Below the pieces are notes generated by a model, which searched no databases, had not been told where the DNA came from, and worked only from the letters and a program-made list of their open reading frames with translations. A DNA stretch of 64,000 bases from Gemmiger sp. (lineage in GTDB: Bacteria > Bacillota > Clostridia > Oscillospirales > Ruminococcaceae), in the NCBI RefSeq assembly GCF_036306485.1, contig NZ_JAXJZK010000042.1, positions 37,951-101,950 of the forward strand, written 5' to 3'. This document shows positions 17,755 through 27,148 of this stretch, piece by piece. How positions within the stretch are numbered: position 1 is the first letter of the stretch; each line of letters starts with the position of its first letter. The translations under genes were made by a program, and so were the position numbers.

Positions 17755-17783
17755 GCATGTTCGTCAGAACGGCCGCATACAAT
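17755..17783 (+). promoter_or_regulatory. Candidate sigma-E-type (mother-cell) promoter upstream of the carboxypeptidase gene
   Basis: GCATGTT, 14 nt, CATACAAT. The -10 matches the Bacillus sigma-E consensus CATACAHT exactly and the -35 is close to ZHATAxx. It ends 37 nt before ATG 17820. Confidence 0.35.
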
Positions 17784-17819
17784 AAGACCAAAACACTGCA
17801 AGCGGAGGAGGCTTCTGCG

Positions 17820-19004
17820 ATGAAATACCGGGTCCTGGCCATTGCTTTTGTTCTGACATTGGTGCTGGGCATGCTGCCCTGCTCGGCGCTGGAAGTTGTG
17901 CCGGCGACCGACCGGGACTTTGATCTGCCCTGCCAGGCCGCGATCCTGATCGATGAGGATTCCGGTACGGTCCTGTACGAGAAAAACGCCGACCAGCAGC
18001 GCCCGATTGCCTCCATCACCAAGGTGATGACGCTGCTGCTGACCTTTGAGGCACTCGAAGCCGGGCAGATCTCGCTGGAAGACGAGGTGCCCGTTTCGGA
18101 ACACGCCTACCATACCGGCGGCAGCCAGATCTGGCTGGAACCCGGTGAAAAGATGACGCTGCAGGAGATGATCAAGGCAATCTGCATTGCGTCCGCCAAC
18201 GATGCGGCGGTGGCGGTGGCCGAGTATGTGGGCGGCAGCGAACCGGCCTTCGTGGACCGGATGAATGCCCGCGCGGCGGAACTCGGCATGACCAACACGC
18301 AGTTCCGCAATGCCTGCGGTCTGGATGAGGACGGACACCTTTCCACGGCGCGGGATGTGGCCATCATGAGCCGGGAAATGCTGCTGCATCATCCCGAGAT
18401 CGGCGACTACTGCACGATCTGGATGGACTCCCTGCGCGACGGCGCCACCCAGCTCGTCAATACGAACAAACTGCTCAAGAGCTATACGGGTATCACCGGG
18501 CTGAAAACCGGAACAACCGGCAAGGCGGGCGTCTGTATTTCCGCCAGTGCCGAGCGGGACAATCTGCGGCTGATTGCCGTCGTGCTGGGGTCTTCGACCG
18601 GTGCGGAGCGTTTCCAGGCTGCCACGATGCTGCTGGATTACGGGTTTGCGGCTTTTGAAAGTGCCGATGTTCCCGTTCCCGAGGATGCCCCCGCCACGCT
18701 GAAGGTCCTGCACGGCGACAGTGTGGAGCTGGAACTTGACTATCAGGCCCCCGAACGCTGCCTGATGCCGAAAGGGCAGGGCAGTACGATTGTGGGGCAG
18801 ATCGACCTGCCGGACGCCATTGAAGCCCCGGTCAAAAAAGGTGCGGTTGTGGGCAGCCTGCTGATCCGCAATGATGCCGGTATTTTGCAGAGCTGTCCGA
18901 TCACGGCGGCCCAGGATGTGGGGGTGCGGGACTTCGGTTTCTGCTTCCGTCGCCTTGTCGATGGATTCTTGCTGCTGCCGGAAAATTTTGTGCAAAACGG
19001 ATGA
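17820..19004 (+). CDS. D-alanyl-D-alanine carboxypeptidase (PBP5 family, DacB/DacF-like)
   Basis: Signal peptide, then SITKVMT (SxxK), SAND (SxN) and KTGTT (KTG). ATG follows GGAGGAGG. Confidence 0.85.
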   Translation: MKYRVLAIAFVLTLVLGMLPCSALEVVPATDRDFDLPCQAAILIDEDSGTVLYEKNADQQRPIASITKVMTLLLTFEALEAGQISLEDEVPVSEHAYHTGGSQIWLEPGEKMTLQEMIKAICIASANDAAVAVAEYVGGSEPAFVDRMNARAAELGMTNTQFRNACGLDEDGHLSTARDVAIMSREMLLHHPEIGDYCTIWMDSLRDGATQLVNTNKLLKSYTGITGLKTGTTGKAGVCISASAERDNLRLIAVVLGSSTGAERFQAATMLLDYGFAAFESADVPVPEDAPATLKVLHGDSVELELDYQAPERCLMPKGQGSTIVGQIDLPDAIEAPVKKGAVVGSLLIRNDAGILQSCPITAAQDVGVRDFGFCFRRLVDGFLLLPENFVQNG

Positions 19005-19022
19005 AAAAGGACAGCGTTTTAC

Positions 19023-19051
19023 TTGACAACAAGACGGGAAAACGGTATCAT
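19023..19051 (+). promoter_or_regulatory. Sigma-70-type promoter for pgi
   Basis: TTGACA, 17 nt, TATCAT. Confidence 0.5.
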
Positions 19052-19084
19052 GAAGTTACAAAATTTGAAGAGGAGGACTTATTG

Positions 19085-20416
19085 ATGAGTGTCAACTACA
19101 ATGGCAAACATCTGGCAAAGTTTATCCGACCTGAAGAATATGATCATATTTTCCCGCAGGTTGAACTTGCGCATCAGCAGCTGGAAGCCCGCACCGGCGC
19201 CGGCAATGATTTTCTGGGATGGCTCGATCTCCCTGTAAACTATGATAAGGAAGAGTTTGTCCGGATCAAGGAAGCGGCCAAAAAGATCCGTGAGGATTCC
19301 GATGTACTGCTCGTCGCCGGTATCGGCGGCTCCTACCTGGGCGCCCGCGCGGTTGTGGAGGCTGTCAAGGGACAGTTCCATAACGATACCGAAGAGGGCC
19401 TGAAGATCTATTTCTGCGGCAATACGATCTCGCCCACCTACCTGAATGATATCATCAAGATCACCAAGGGCAAGCGTTTCTCCATCAACGTGATTTCCAA
19501 GTCCGGCACCACCACCGAGACCGCCCTGGCGTTCCGTGTTCTGCGCAAGCTGCTCGAGGACGCTGTCGGCCCCGAGGAAGCCAACAAGCGCATTTATGCC
19601 ACGACCGACCGCTGCAAGGGCACCCTCAAGCAGCTGGCGGACGCGCAGGGCTGGCCCACCTTCGTCGTTCCCGACGATGTGGGCGGCCGCTACTCGGTGC
19701 TGACTGCAGTGGGGCTGCTGCCCATCGCCTGCGCCGGCATCGACATTGATGCCCTGATGCAGGGCGCCGCGGATGCGCGGGAGCGCTTCAGCGTCTGCAG
19801 CAAGGACAATGACGCTTACCGTTATGCCATGACCCGCAACATCCTGTACCGCAAGGGTAAGGTCGTCGAGACGCTGGCCGCCTTTGAGCCGGATTTCTCG
19901 ATGATGAACGAGTGGTATAAGCAGCTCTTCGGCGAGAGCGAGGGCAAGGACCAGAAGGGCCTGATGCCCACTTCCTGCATCTTCTCCACCGATCTGCATT
20001 CGATGGGTCAGTTCCTGCAGGACGGCAGCCGTGCGATGTTCGAGACCTATGTGGACATCAAGAACACCCGCGAAGATTTTTACATTGAGCCGCTGGAAGG
20101 CAATTTTGACGGCCTGAACTTCCTGTCCGATCAGAATATGAGCGTTGTCAACCGCAAGGCCATGGAAGGCACCATCCTGGCCCATACCGACGGCGGTGTG
20201 CCGATCGGTGTGATCGAAGTTGATTCGCTGGATGCCTACAACGTCGGCTACCTGATTTACTTCTTCTGGAAAGCCTGCGCGGTTTCCGGGTATCTGCTCT
20301 CGGTCAACCCGTTTGACCAGCCCGGTGTTGAGAGCTACAAGAAGAATATGTTCGCGCTGCTGGGCAAACCCGGCTACGAGGATCGCAAAGCGGAACTGGA
20401 AGCAAAACTGGGTTGA
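19085..20416 (+). CDS. pgi: Glucose-6-phosphate isomerase
   Basis: Motifs GIGGSYLG and [12 protein letters not shown] 19085 follows GAGGAGGA. The upstream 28 codons of ORF 19001 are not conserved-looking. Confidence 0.92.
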   Translation: MSVNYNGKHLAKFIRPEEYDHIFPQVELAHQQLEARTGAGNDFLGWLDLPVNYDKEEFVRIKEAAKKIREDSDVLLVAGIGGSYLGARAVVEAVKGQFHNDTEEGLKIYFCGNTISPTYLNDIIKITKGKRFSINVISKSGTTTETALAFRVLRKLLEDAVGPEEANKRIYATTDRCKGTLKQLADAQGWPTFVVPDDVGGRYSVLTAVGLLPIACAGIDIDALMQGAADARERFSVCSKDNDAYRYAMTRNILYRKGKVVETLAAFEPDFSMMNEWYKQLFGESEGKDQKGLMPTSCIFSTDLHSMGQFLQDGSRAMFETYVDIKNTREDFYIEPLEGNFDGLNFLSDQNMSVVNRKAMEGTILAHTDGGVPIGVIEVDSLDAYNVGYLIYFFWKACAVSGYLLSVNPFDQPGVESYKKNMFALLGKPGYEDRKAELEAKLG

Positions 20417-20462
20417 GATCCCGATGATTCCGCGCTTTGAATATTAAAGGAGGTTCCTTCTT

Positions 20463-20867
20463 ATGATTAAACTCATCGTTGGCGCCAAAGGCTCCGGCAA
20501 AACCAAGACCATGATCGACATGATCAACGACGCCACCAAGACGACTTCCGGCAACATCGTTGTGATTGAAAAATCCATGAAGCTCACCACCGAGATCAAC
20601 CATGCAGCCCGTCTGCTGGATGTGGACGAGTACCACATTCAGGGTGCCGAAATGCTGTACGGCTTCATCGCCGGTGTGCTGGCTGGCAACTACGATATCA
20701 CCGAACTGTTCCTGGACGGCATCCTGAAGATCGTTGATCACAACATGGACGCCGCTGCCAAGGTGCTGGCCGATGTGGACAAGATTGCCGGCAATGCGAT
20801 TCAGGTCGTTGTGACCGTTTCCGCTTCGCCCGAGGCTCTGCCCGACAGCATCAAGAAGTATATGTAA
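20463..20867 (+). CDS. Small (134 aa) P-loop NTPase-like protein of unknown function
   Basis: Walker A GAKGSGKT at residues 7-14 and a Walker-B-like NIVVIE. Strong RBS AAAGGAGG. It starts 46 nt after pgi with no intervening terminator. Confidence 0.6.
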   Translation: MIKLIVGAKGSGKTKTMIDMINDATKTTSGNIVVIEKSMKLTTEINHAARLLDVDEYHIQGAEMLYGFIAGVLAGNYDITELFLDGILKIVDHNMDAAAKVLADVDKIAGNAIQVVVTVSASPEALPDSIKKYM

Positions 20868-20908
20868 CTCATCCGGACGCCGAAAACGGCCGTCCGTGCA
20901 TTCCCACA

Positions 20909-20940
20909 GGGGCAGGCGCCGAAGGCGTCCTGCCCTTTTG
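20909..20940 (+). terminator. Terminator after the P-loop gene
   Basis: Stem GGGCAGGCGCC / GGCGTCCTGCCC followed by TTTT. Confidence 0.6.
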
Positions 20941-21003
20941 CGTTGCAGCCCGGCGCTGCAGAGGGCACAAAAAGATTTTCTTCCATTTTTTTGCGATTTT
21001 CAG

Positions 21004-21032
21004 TTGACAAGCCCGCGGTACTTGTGTATACT
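21004..21032 (+). promoter_or_regulatory. Sigma-70-type promoter for yceD-rpmF
   Basis: TTGACA, 17 nt (ending in TGTG), TATACT. Confidence 0.6.
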
Positions 21033-21058
21033 AGATAAGCAACCTTTTGAGGTGAACT

Positions 21059-21559
21059 ATGCAATTTGATATTCGCAGCTATTTCAAAAATGGAAAAACG
21101 CCCTATACAGCGCAGTTTTCCGAAGATTTTTCAAAAGAGGATTTTGACGGCAGCCGGGTGACCGATCCTGTTGTGTGCTCTTTTGAAGCGACACCCGATA
21201 CCGACGGTGTTGCCATGCAGCTGCATGTGCAGGCTGCGGCCGACGCGGAATGTGCGCGCTGCCTCGCTCCTGTGCGGGAAACCTACGATTTCACGGTGGA
21301 TTATTTTGTCCGGGAACGTGATCTGCAGGACCCCGATTTTGAATTGCCGATGGATGAAAAAGGTTGTCTGGATTTGCGGGAGCTTGCTTATCAGGAACTG
21401 ATTTTCAAGATCCCGAAGGTGCTGCTTTGCAGCCCGGATTGTCAAGGCCTATGCCCCATCTGCGGCAAGAGAAAGGCGGCAGGATGTACCTGTCGGCCCG
21501 CGGACGATGCCGCCCCCGCCGATGCACGGCTTAGCATATTAAAACAACTGCTTAGTTGA
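21059..21559 (+). CDS. yceD: YceD/DUF177 family protein (ribosome-biogenesis associated)
   Basis: C-terminal CSPDCQGLCPICG motif. It lies immediately upstream of rpmF, which is the conserved pairing. Confidence 0.8.
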   Translation: MQFDIRSYFKNGKTPYTAQFSEDFSKEDFDGSRVTDPVVCSFEATPDTDGVAMQLHVQAAADAECARCLAPVRETYDFTVDYFVRERDLQDPDFELPMDEKGCLDLRELAYQELIFKIPKVLLCSPDCQGLCPICGKRKAAGCTCRPADDAAPADARLSILKQLLS

Positions 21560-21584
21560 AATTTCACCAAGGAGGTGCTTAAAA

Positions 21585-21773
21585 ATGGCAGTACCCAAGA
21601 GAAAACAATCCAAAGCCCGCCGCGATAAACGCCGCTCCAATGTTTGGAAACTGGAGGCTCCTACGCTGGTGAAATGTCCTCAGTGTGGCGAACTGAAAGT
21701 GCCCCATCAGGTTTGTGGCAAATGTGGCTACTACAAGGGCGTTGAAGTTGTCAAGGTCAGCAAAGAGGCGTAA
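21585..21773 (+). CDS. rpmF: 50S ribosomal protein L32
   Basis: N-terminus MAVPKRKQSKARRDKRR and zinc ribbon CPQCG...CGKCG. Confidence 0.95.
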   Translation: MAVPKRKQSKARRDKRRSNVWKLEAPTLVKCPQCGELKVPHQVCGKCGYYKGVEVVKVSKEA

Positions 21774-21851
21774 CAGTCTCTTAAAGGGGAGGGGCACTGC
21801 CTCTCCCTTTTTCTTGTATTCCCCGGAAACCGGAACGAAAGGAGCTTTTCT

Positions 21852-23201
21852 ATGCCGCTGCAGCTGGTCAGTGTAGATGAAAATTCCCCCGCACAGCGCC
21901 TGGGCCTCAGCCCGGGAACGCTGCTTGTTGCCATCGACGGCAATGAACTGAGCGACGCGCTGGATTATCAGTATTATACCGCGGCCCCGTCTTTCCGGCT
22001 TACGGTCTGCGAGAACGGCACCACACGGGAGATTTCCGTCCAAAAAGGGGAATACGAACCCTTCGGATGCAACTTCAAAACCTATCTCGGAGACGAAAAA
22101 CACAGCTGTGCCAATCATTGCATGTTCTGCTTCATTGACCAGCTGCCCCCCGGTATGCGGGCACCGCTCTACTTCAAGGATGACGACGAGCGCCTTTCCT
22201 TTCTGTACGGCAACTATATCACGATGACCAACCTCTCCGATCAGGAGGTGGAGCGCATCGTCAAGCTGCATATCAGCCCCATCTTCATCTCGGTGCACAC
22301 CACCAATCCGCAGCTCCGCATCCGGATGATGGCCAACAAACGCGCGGCCGAAACGCTGCGTTACCTCGATGTCTTTGCCGAAGGCGGTATCGAGATGAAC
22401 TGCCAGCTGGTTCTCTGCCGCGGTGTCAATGACGGCGACGAACTCCGCCGCACGCTGGAAGATTTGCTCCGGCTTTACCCCCATGTAGGCAGCATCGCGG
22501 TGGTTCCGGCCGGTGTGACCGATTACCGGAAAGGTCTTTACAAGCTCACGCCCTACGATGCCGCATCGGCTGCTGAGACGCTGGACATCCTCGAGGAGTA
22601 CAGCCGCCGCTGCCGCCGTGACTACGGCCGCAGTATTGTCTATCCCAGCGATGAATGGTATCTGACGGCAGGACGCCCCATTCCTCCGGCAGAGTTCTAT
22701 GACGAGTACGCCCAGCTGGAGGATGGCGTCGGCATGTGGCGCCTTTACCGGGATACCTTCCTCGAACAGCTGGACAGCCTTTCAGGACCGGCCCAGCCCC
22801 GCCGGCTGGATGTCGCGACCGGTACGCTGGCCGCGCCGCTCATTGAAGAGATGGCACAGCGGTTCCATCAGAAATTCCCGGAAGTTGAGATCACGGTCCA
22901 TGCGATCCGCAACGACTTCTTCGGTGGCAATGTCAGCGTGACGGGCCTTGTGACGGCCACCGACATTCTGCGCCAGTGCAGGGGAAACCTGGCAGGGGAT
23001 ACGCTCTGCGTGCCGGAGGTCATGCTCCGGGACGAGAAGGGCATCTTTTTGGACGATATGTCCGCCGAGCAGCTGGGCCAGGAGCTGGGCTGCTGCGTCG
23101 AAGTGATCCCCACGGACGGCGGGGGCTGCTGCAAGGCCTATTTCGGCAAGCCCCGTCCCAAACGCAAAAAGCTGCATCTGTCCTTCGGCAGCGGCAGCTG
23201 A
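21852..23201 (+). CDS. DUF512 protein (PDZ plus radical-SAM-like domain) conserved upstream of der
   Basis: N-terminal PDZ-like segment ENSPAQRLGLSPGTLLVAIDG, CxxxCxFC-like segment CANHCMFCF, and synteny with der. Confidence 0.75.
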   Translation: MPLQLVSVDENSPAQRLGLSPGTLLVAIDGNELSDALDYQYYTAAPSFRLTVCENGTTREISVQKGEYEPFGCNFKTYLGDEKHSCANHCMFCFIDQLPPGMRAPLYFKDDDERLSFLYGNYITMTNLSDQEVERIVKLHISPIFISVHTTNPQLRIRMMANKRAAETLRYLDVFAEGGIEMNCQLVLCRGVNDGDELRRTLEDLLRLYPHVGSIAVVPAGVTDYRKGLYKLTPYDAASAAETLDILEEYSRRCRRDYGRSIVYPSDEWYLTAGRPIPPAEFYDEYAQLEDGVGMWRLYRDTFLEQLDSLSGPAQPRRLDVATGTLAAPLIEEMAQRFHQKFPEVEITVHAIRNDFFGGNVSVTGLVTATDILRQCRGNLAGDTLCVPEVMLRDEKGIFLDDMSAEQLGQELGCCVEVIPTDGGGCCKAYFGKPRPKRKKLHLSFGSGS

Positions 23202-23235
23202 TTTTGGATTCTTGCGATAAAGGAGGAATCAGACT

Positions 23236-24567
23236 ATGGCAAAACCGATCGTGGCAATCGTGGGCCGGCCCAATGTGGGCAAGTCCACCTTGTTCAATAA
23301 ACTGACCGGCCAGCGCCTGGCGATTGTGGAAGATACTCCCGGCGTAACCCGGGACCGGATTTTCTGCGACTGTGAATGGTGCGGGAACAAATTCCTGCTG
23401 GTCGATACGGGCGGCATTGAGCCGAACATCGACGACGGCCTGCTGGCGCATATGCGGGAACAGGCGCAGATTGCGATTGACTCCGCCGACTGCATCGTGA
23501 TGGTCACCGACCTGAAAGCCGGCGTCACCGCGCAGGATCAGGATATTGCCGGTATGCTGATGCGCAGCGGCAAGCCGGTCATTCTGGCCGTCAACAAATG
23601 CGATAAGGTGGGAGAACCTCCGCTGGAACTGTATGATTTTTACAGTCTCGGTCTGGGAGAGGTCATCCCGGTCTCCAGCGTTCACGGCCACGGCACCGGC
23701 GACCTGCTGGATGCCGTCTGCGCCCATCTGGATTTTTCGGATACCGCAGAGGAGGAAGAGGACCGGATTCCGGTCGCGGTCATCGGCCGGCCCAACGTGG
23801 GCAAGTCCAGCCTCATCAACCGGATTCTCGGCGAGAACCGCCTCATCGTTGCCAACGAAGCCGGAACGACCCGGGACGCCATCGATACCCTGGTCGAGAA
23901 CCGTTTCGGCAAATTCATCTTCACCGATACGGCGGGCCTGCGCAAGCGCGGCCGCGTCGAGAGCGGTGTCGAGCGTTACAGCGTGCTGCGCAGCCTTGCG
24001 GCGGTGGAGCGCAGCCGTGTCTGCGTCATCATGATTGATGCCACCGTCGGATTTACAGAGCAGGATTCCAAGGTGGCCGGCTATGCCCATGAACAGGGCA
24101 AGGGCTGCGTCATTGCGGTGAACAAATGGGATGCCGTCGAGAAGGACAGCTACACGATGGACACCATGCGCAAGGACCTGGAGGAATCCTTCAGTTTCAT
24201 GTCCTACGCGCCGATCCTCTTCATCAGCGCCAAGACCGGCCAGCGCCTGGACAAGCTGTTCGAGATGATCCGCTATGTGGATGTCCAGAACGGCACCCGC
24301 ATCCCCACCGGTGCCCTCAATGAGATGCTTGCCCGCGCCACATCGCGGGTTCAGCCGCCTTCTGACAAGGGCAAGCGCCTGAAGATCTTCTATATGACCC
24401 AGAGCTCGACGCGCCCGCCGACGTTTGTGGCCTTCGTCAACCAGAAAGCGCTGTTCCATTTCTCGTACCAGCGCTATATCGAAAACCAGATCCGGGAAAA
24501 CTTCGGCCTGACCGGAACCCCGATTCGCATGATGATCCGCGAACACGGGGACGGCTCGGCCCGCTAA
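23236..24567 (+). CDS. der: Ribosome-associated GTPase Der (EngA)
   Basis: Two tandem G domains, GRPNVGKSTLFN and GRPNVGKSSLIN, plus a KH-like C-terminus. Confidence 0.95.
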   Translation: MAKPIVAIVGRPNVGKSTLFNKLTGQRLAIVEDTPGVTRDRIFCDCEWCGNKFLLVDTGGIEPNIDDGLLAHMREQAQIAIDSADCIVMVTDLKAGVTAQDQDIAGMLMRSGKPVILAVNKCDKVGEPPLELYDFYSLGLGEVIPVSSVHGHGTGDLLDAVCAHLDFSDTAEEEEDRIPVAVIGRPNVGKSSLINRILGENRLIVANEAGTTRDAIDTLVENRFGKFIFTDTAGLRKRGRVESGVERYSVLRSLAAVERSRVCVIMIDATVGFTEQDSKVAGYAHEQGKGCVIAVNKWDAVEKDSYTMDTMRKDLEESFSFMSYAPILFISAKTGQRLDKLFEMIRYVDVQNGTRIPTGALNEMLARATSRVQPPSDKGKRLKIFYMTQSSTRPPTFVAFVNQKALFHFSYQRYIENQIRENFGLTGTPIRMMIREHGDGSAR

Positions 24568-24586
24568 GGGGAGGAATTGAGGAATC

Positions 24587-25276
24587 ATGTTAACGCAGCT
24601 GTTTTTGGCCAGCGCGTTCACGGCGCTGGAGAGCTACCTGCTGGGCAGTCTTCTGTTCGGCGTGCTGATCTCCAAACTGGTCTATCATGACGATGTCCGC
24701 CTTCACGGCAGCGGAAATGCCGGCATGACCAACGTACTGCGGACCTACGGAAAGGCGGCGGCAGTCTTTACCACGGTCGGCGACGTGGGCAAGAGCTTTC
24801 TGGCGGTCCAGATCGGCCGGATGATCTTCGATGCGCTGGTCGGCAGCGCCGGGACGGATTTCCAGCCGATGATCCAGCCGATCTGCGGGGCCTACCTGGC
24901 GGCAATCTTCTGCACGCTGGGCCACAGCCGCCCGGTGTTCTTCGGCTTCCGGGGCGGCAAGGGCGTCCTGGTCGGTGCGGGTGCGGCACTCGCCACCGAG
25001 CCGATGGTCTGCCTGATGCTGATTCTGGTCTTTCTGGTGGAGTTTGCGGTCACCCGGATCGTCAGCCTCGGCAGCATCATCATTGCGGGACTCTATCCGA
25101 TCGTCACGCTCTGCTACTGGGTGTGGCGCGGAATTGATCTGCCGTCCCTTGTCTTCATCACGGTCTGCTGCGTGATGATGGGAATTTATGTGATCTGGCT
25201 GCATCGCTCCAATATCCAGCGCCTTCGCAGCGGAACGGAATACCGGTTCGGCGAAAAGAAGAAAACCGGACGCTGA
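24587..25276 (+). CDS. plsY: Glycerol-3-phosphate acyltransferase PlsY
   Basis: Polytopic membrane protein with GSGNAGMTNV and RGGKGV motifs. Confidence 0.9.
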   Translation: MLTQLFLASAFTALESYLLGSLLFGVLISKLVYHDDVRLHGSGNAGMTNVLRTYGKAAAVFTTVGDVGKSFLAVQIGRMIFDALVGSAGTDFQPMIQPICGAYLAAIFCTLGHSRPVFFGFRGGKGVLVGAGAALATEPMVCLMLILVFLVEFAVTRIVSLGSIIIAGLYPIVTLCYWVWRGIDLPSLVFITVCCVMMGIYVIWLHRSNIQRLRSGTEYRFGEKKKTGR

Positions 25277-25345
25277 GACTCGGAAACTGCTGAAAAACGT
25301 CAGGAAACCTTCCGATATTTTTCGCAAGAATGCACAAAAATGATG

Positions 25346-25386
25346 GCACCTTTTCAAAAGCCTTACACCTGCTTTTGAAAAGGTGC
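25346..25386 (+). terminator. Perfect 15-bp hairpin after plsY (probable terminator, weak T-tract)
   Basis: GCACCTTTTCAAAAG / CTTTTGAAAAGGTGC with an 11-nt loop, followed by TATAATATT. Confidence 0.4.
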
Positions 25387-25453
25387 TATAATATTACTGT
25401 GATACGAGGAAAAATCGGGTAGTCTTTCTATTTGACGGAAACGGAGGTATTTC

Positions 25454-26029
25454 ATGTTCAGCGTTGGGGATATTGTGATCTACGGTACACAGGGAATCTG
25501 CAAAGTGGATGCCATCGGCCCTCTGCCGATGTCGTTTGCCGACAAATCCCGCCAGTACTATACGCTTCGACCGTACTATTCGCCGGAAATGGTCATTTAT
25601 GCTCCGGTGGACAATCAGAAGATTGTCATCCGTGAGCCGCTCTCCCGGGCGGAGGTGGAGAAGCTGATCGAGGAGATCCCCGAGATCGAGACCGTCTGGA
25701 TTCCCAACGAGAAGGAACGGGAAACCCAGTACCGGGATGCACTGCACACCTGCAGCTGCCGGGAACTGGTCCGCATCATCAAGACGCTGCGCCGGCGCAA
25801 GGAGGCCCGGGCCCGCAAAGGCAAGCGGGGGACGGCCATCGACGAGCGCTATTTCAGAATGGCGGAGGAACAGTTGTACGGGGAACTCGCCTTCGTGCTG
25901 GGAATGGACAAGGCGGACATGCCGGAATACATAGCCTCCAAGATCGAGAACAAACAGGAACAGACCTGTTCTGACACAGAAGGAGAGAACGCTCATGGCG
26001 ATGAAGGAAATTCCAATCACCGAGTTTGA
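25454..26029 (+). CDS. CarD/CdnL-family RNA-polymerase-binding regulator-like protein
   Basis: N-terminal FSVGDIVIYGTQGICKV, typical of the CarD_CdnL_TRCF domain. RBS GGAGG. Acidic C-terminal tail. Confidence 0.6.
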   Translation: MFSVGDIVIYGTQGICKVDAIGPLPMSFADKSRQYYTLRPYYSPEMVIYAPVDNQKIVIREPLSRAEVEKLIEEIPEIETVWIPNEKERETQYRDALHTCSCRELVRIIKTLRRRKEARARKGKRGTAIDERYFRMAEEQLYGELAFVLGMDKADMPEYIASKIENKQEQTCSDTEGENAHGDEGNSNHRV

Positions 26030-26963
26030 AAACCTGAAGATCGGCAATGCCGAGAACACGCAGGCCGCCACAGGCTGCACGGTGCTGCTCTTTGGCCCGG
26101 ACGGTGCCCCGGCGGGCCTGGACGTGCGCGGCGGGGGACCTGCCTCCCGGGAAAGCGAGCTGCTCAAACCGATGGCGGCTGCTCAGGTCATCCATGCAAT
26201 CCTGCTCAGCGGCGGCAGTGCCTTCGGCCTGGATGCGGCGGGCGGCGTGCAGCGGTATCTGGAGCAGCACGGCATCGGCTTTGAAGTGGGTGTCACCCGG
26301 GTGCCGCTTGTCTGTGAGTCCTGCCTGTTTGACCTGACGGTCGGCGATGCGGGGGTCCGGCCCGATGCCGCCATGGGATACGCTGCCTGCGAGGGTGCCG
26401 AAGCGGGAAATTACCGGGACGGCAGCTTTGGCGCCGGAACCGGCGCGACGGTGGGCAAACTGGCCGGCATGGAAACCTGTATGAAATCCGGCATCGGCTC
26501 CTATGCGGTGCAGATCGGGGAACTGCGCGTGGGCGCGATTGTGGCCGTCAATGCCCTGGGGGACATTTACGACTGGAAGACCGGCCGCAAGGTGGCGGGA
26601 CTGCTGGCACCTGACCGCCATACCTTCCTGGACAGCGAGGAGGAAGTTTTCCGCAACTACGAAGTTGTCGAGAACAAGTTCGTCGGCAACACCACGATCG
26701 GCGTGGTGGTGACCAACGCGGCCTTTGCCAAAACCCAGCTTTGCAAGATTGCCGGCATGGCGCATGACGGCTATGCCCGCTCGATCCGCCCGGTTCACAC
26801 GACGGCGGACGGCGACAGCATCTATGCGGTGTCGCTGGGAACCGTGGCGGCCGATCAGGATATGGTCGGCGCACTGGCGGCACGGGTCATGAGCGAGGCC
26901 ATCCTGCGCGCGGTTCGCTCCTGCGGATCGGGATACGGTCATCCCGGCGCCGCAGATCTGTAA
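25995..26963 (+). CDS. P1/S58-family (DmpA-like) aminopeptidase
   Basis: Motifs TGCTVLL, GLDVRGGGP and GNTTIGVVVTNA. The ATG follows GAAGGAGAG and overlaps the CarD-like gene by 35 nt. Confidence 0.75.
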   Translation: MAMKEIPITEFENLKIGNAENTQAATGCTVLLFGPDGAPAGLDVRGGGPASRESELLKPMAAAQVIHAILLSGGSAFGLDAAGGVQRYLEQHGIGFEVGVTRVPLVCESCLFDLTVGDAGVRPDAAMGYAACEGAEAGNYRDGSFGAGTGATVGKLAGMETCMKSGIGSYAVQIGELRVGAIVAVNALGDIYDWKTGRKVAGLLAPDRHTFLDSEEEVFRNYEVVENKFVGNTTIGVVVTNAAFAKTQLCKIAGMAHDGYARSIRPVHTTADGDSIYAVSLGTVAADQDMVGALAARVMSEAILRAVRSCGSGYGHPGAADL

Positions 26964-26974
26964 TCCAAGAAAAC

Positions 26975-27016
26975 GCAGCCCGCAGCGGACATCGGTTTCC
27001 GCTGCGGTTTTTTTGT
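26975..27016 (+). terminator. Terminator after the S58 peptidase gene
   Basis: Stem CCGCAGCGGA / TCCGCTGCGG followed by TTTTTTT. Confidence 0.7.
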
Positions 27017-27148
27017 CGGGAAAACGAAAATGCGGCGAAGGTTTTGTAAATCCTGTGGGATGCGGGGTGTTTGTGTTGCTTTTACCAGAAGAATAGTGTA
27101 AAATGACACATGTATAACATCGCTGACGTTCCGGCGAAGGAGGACACC

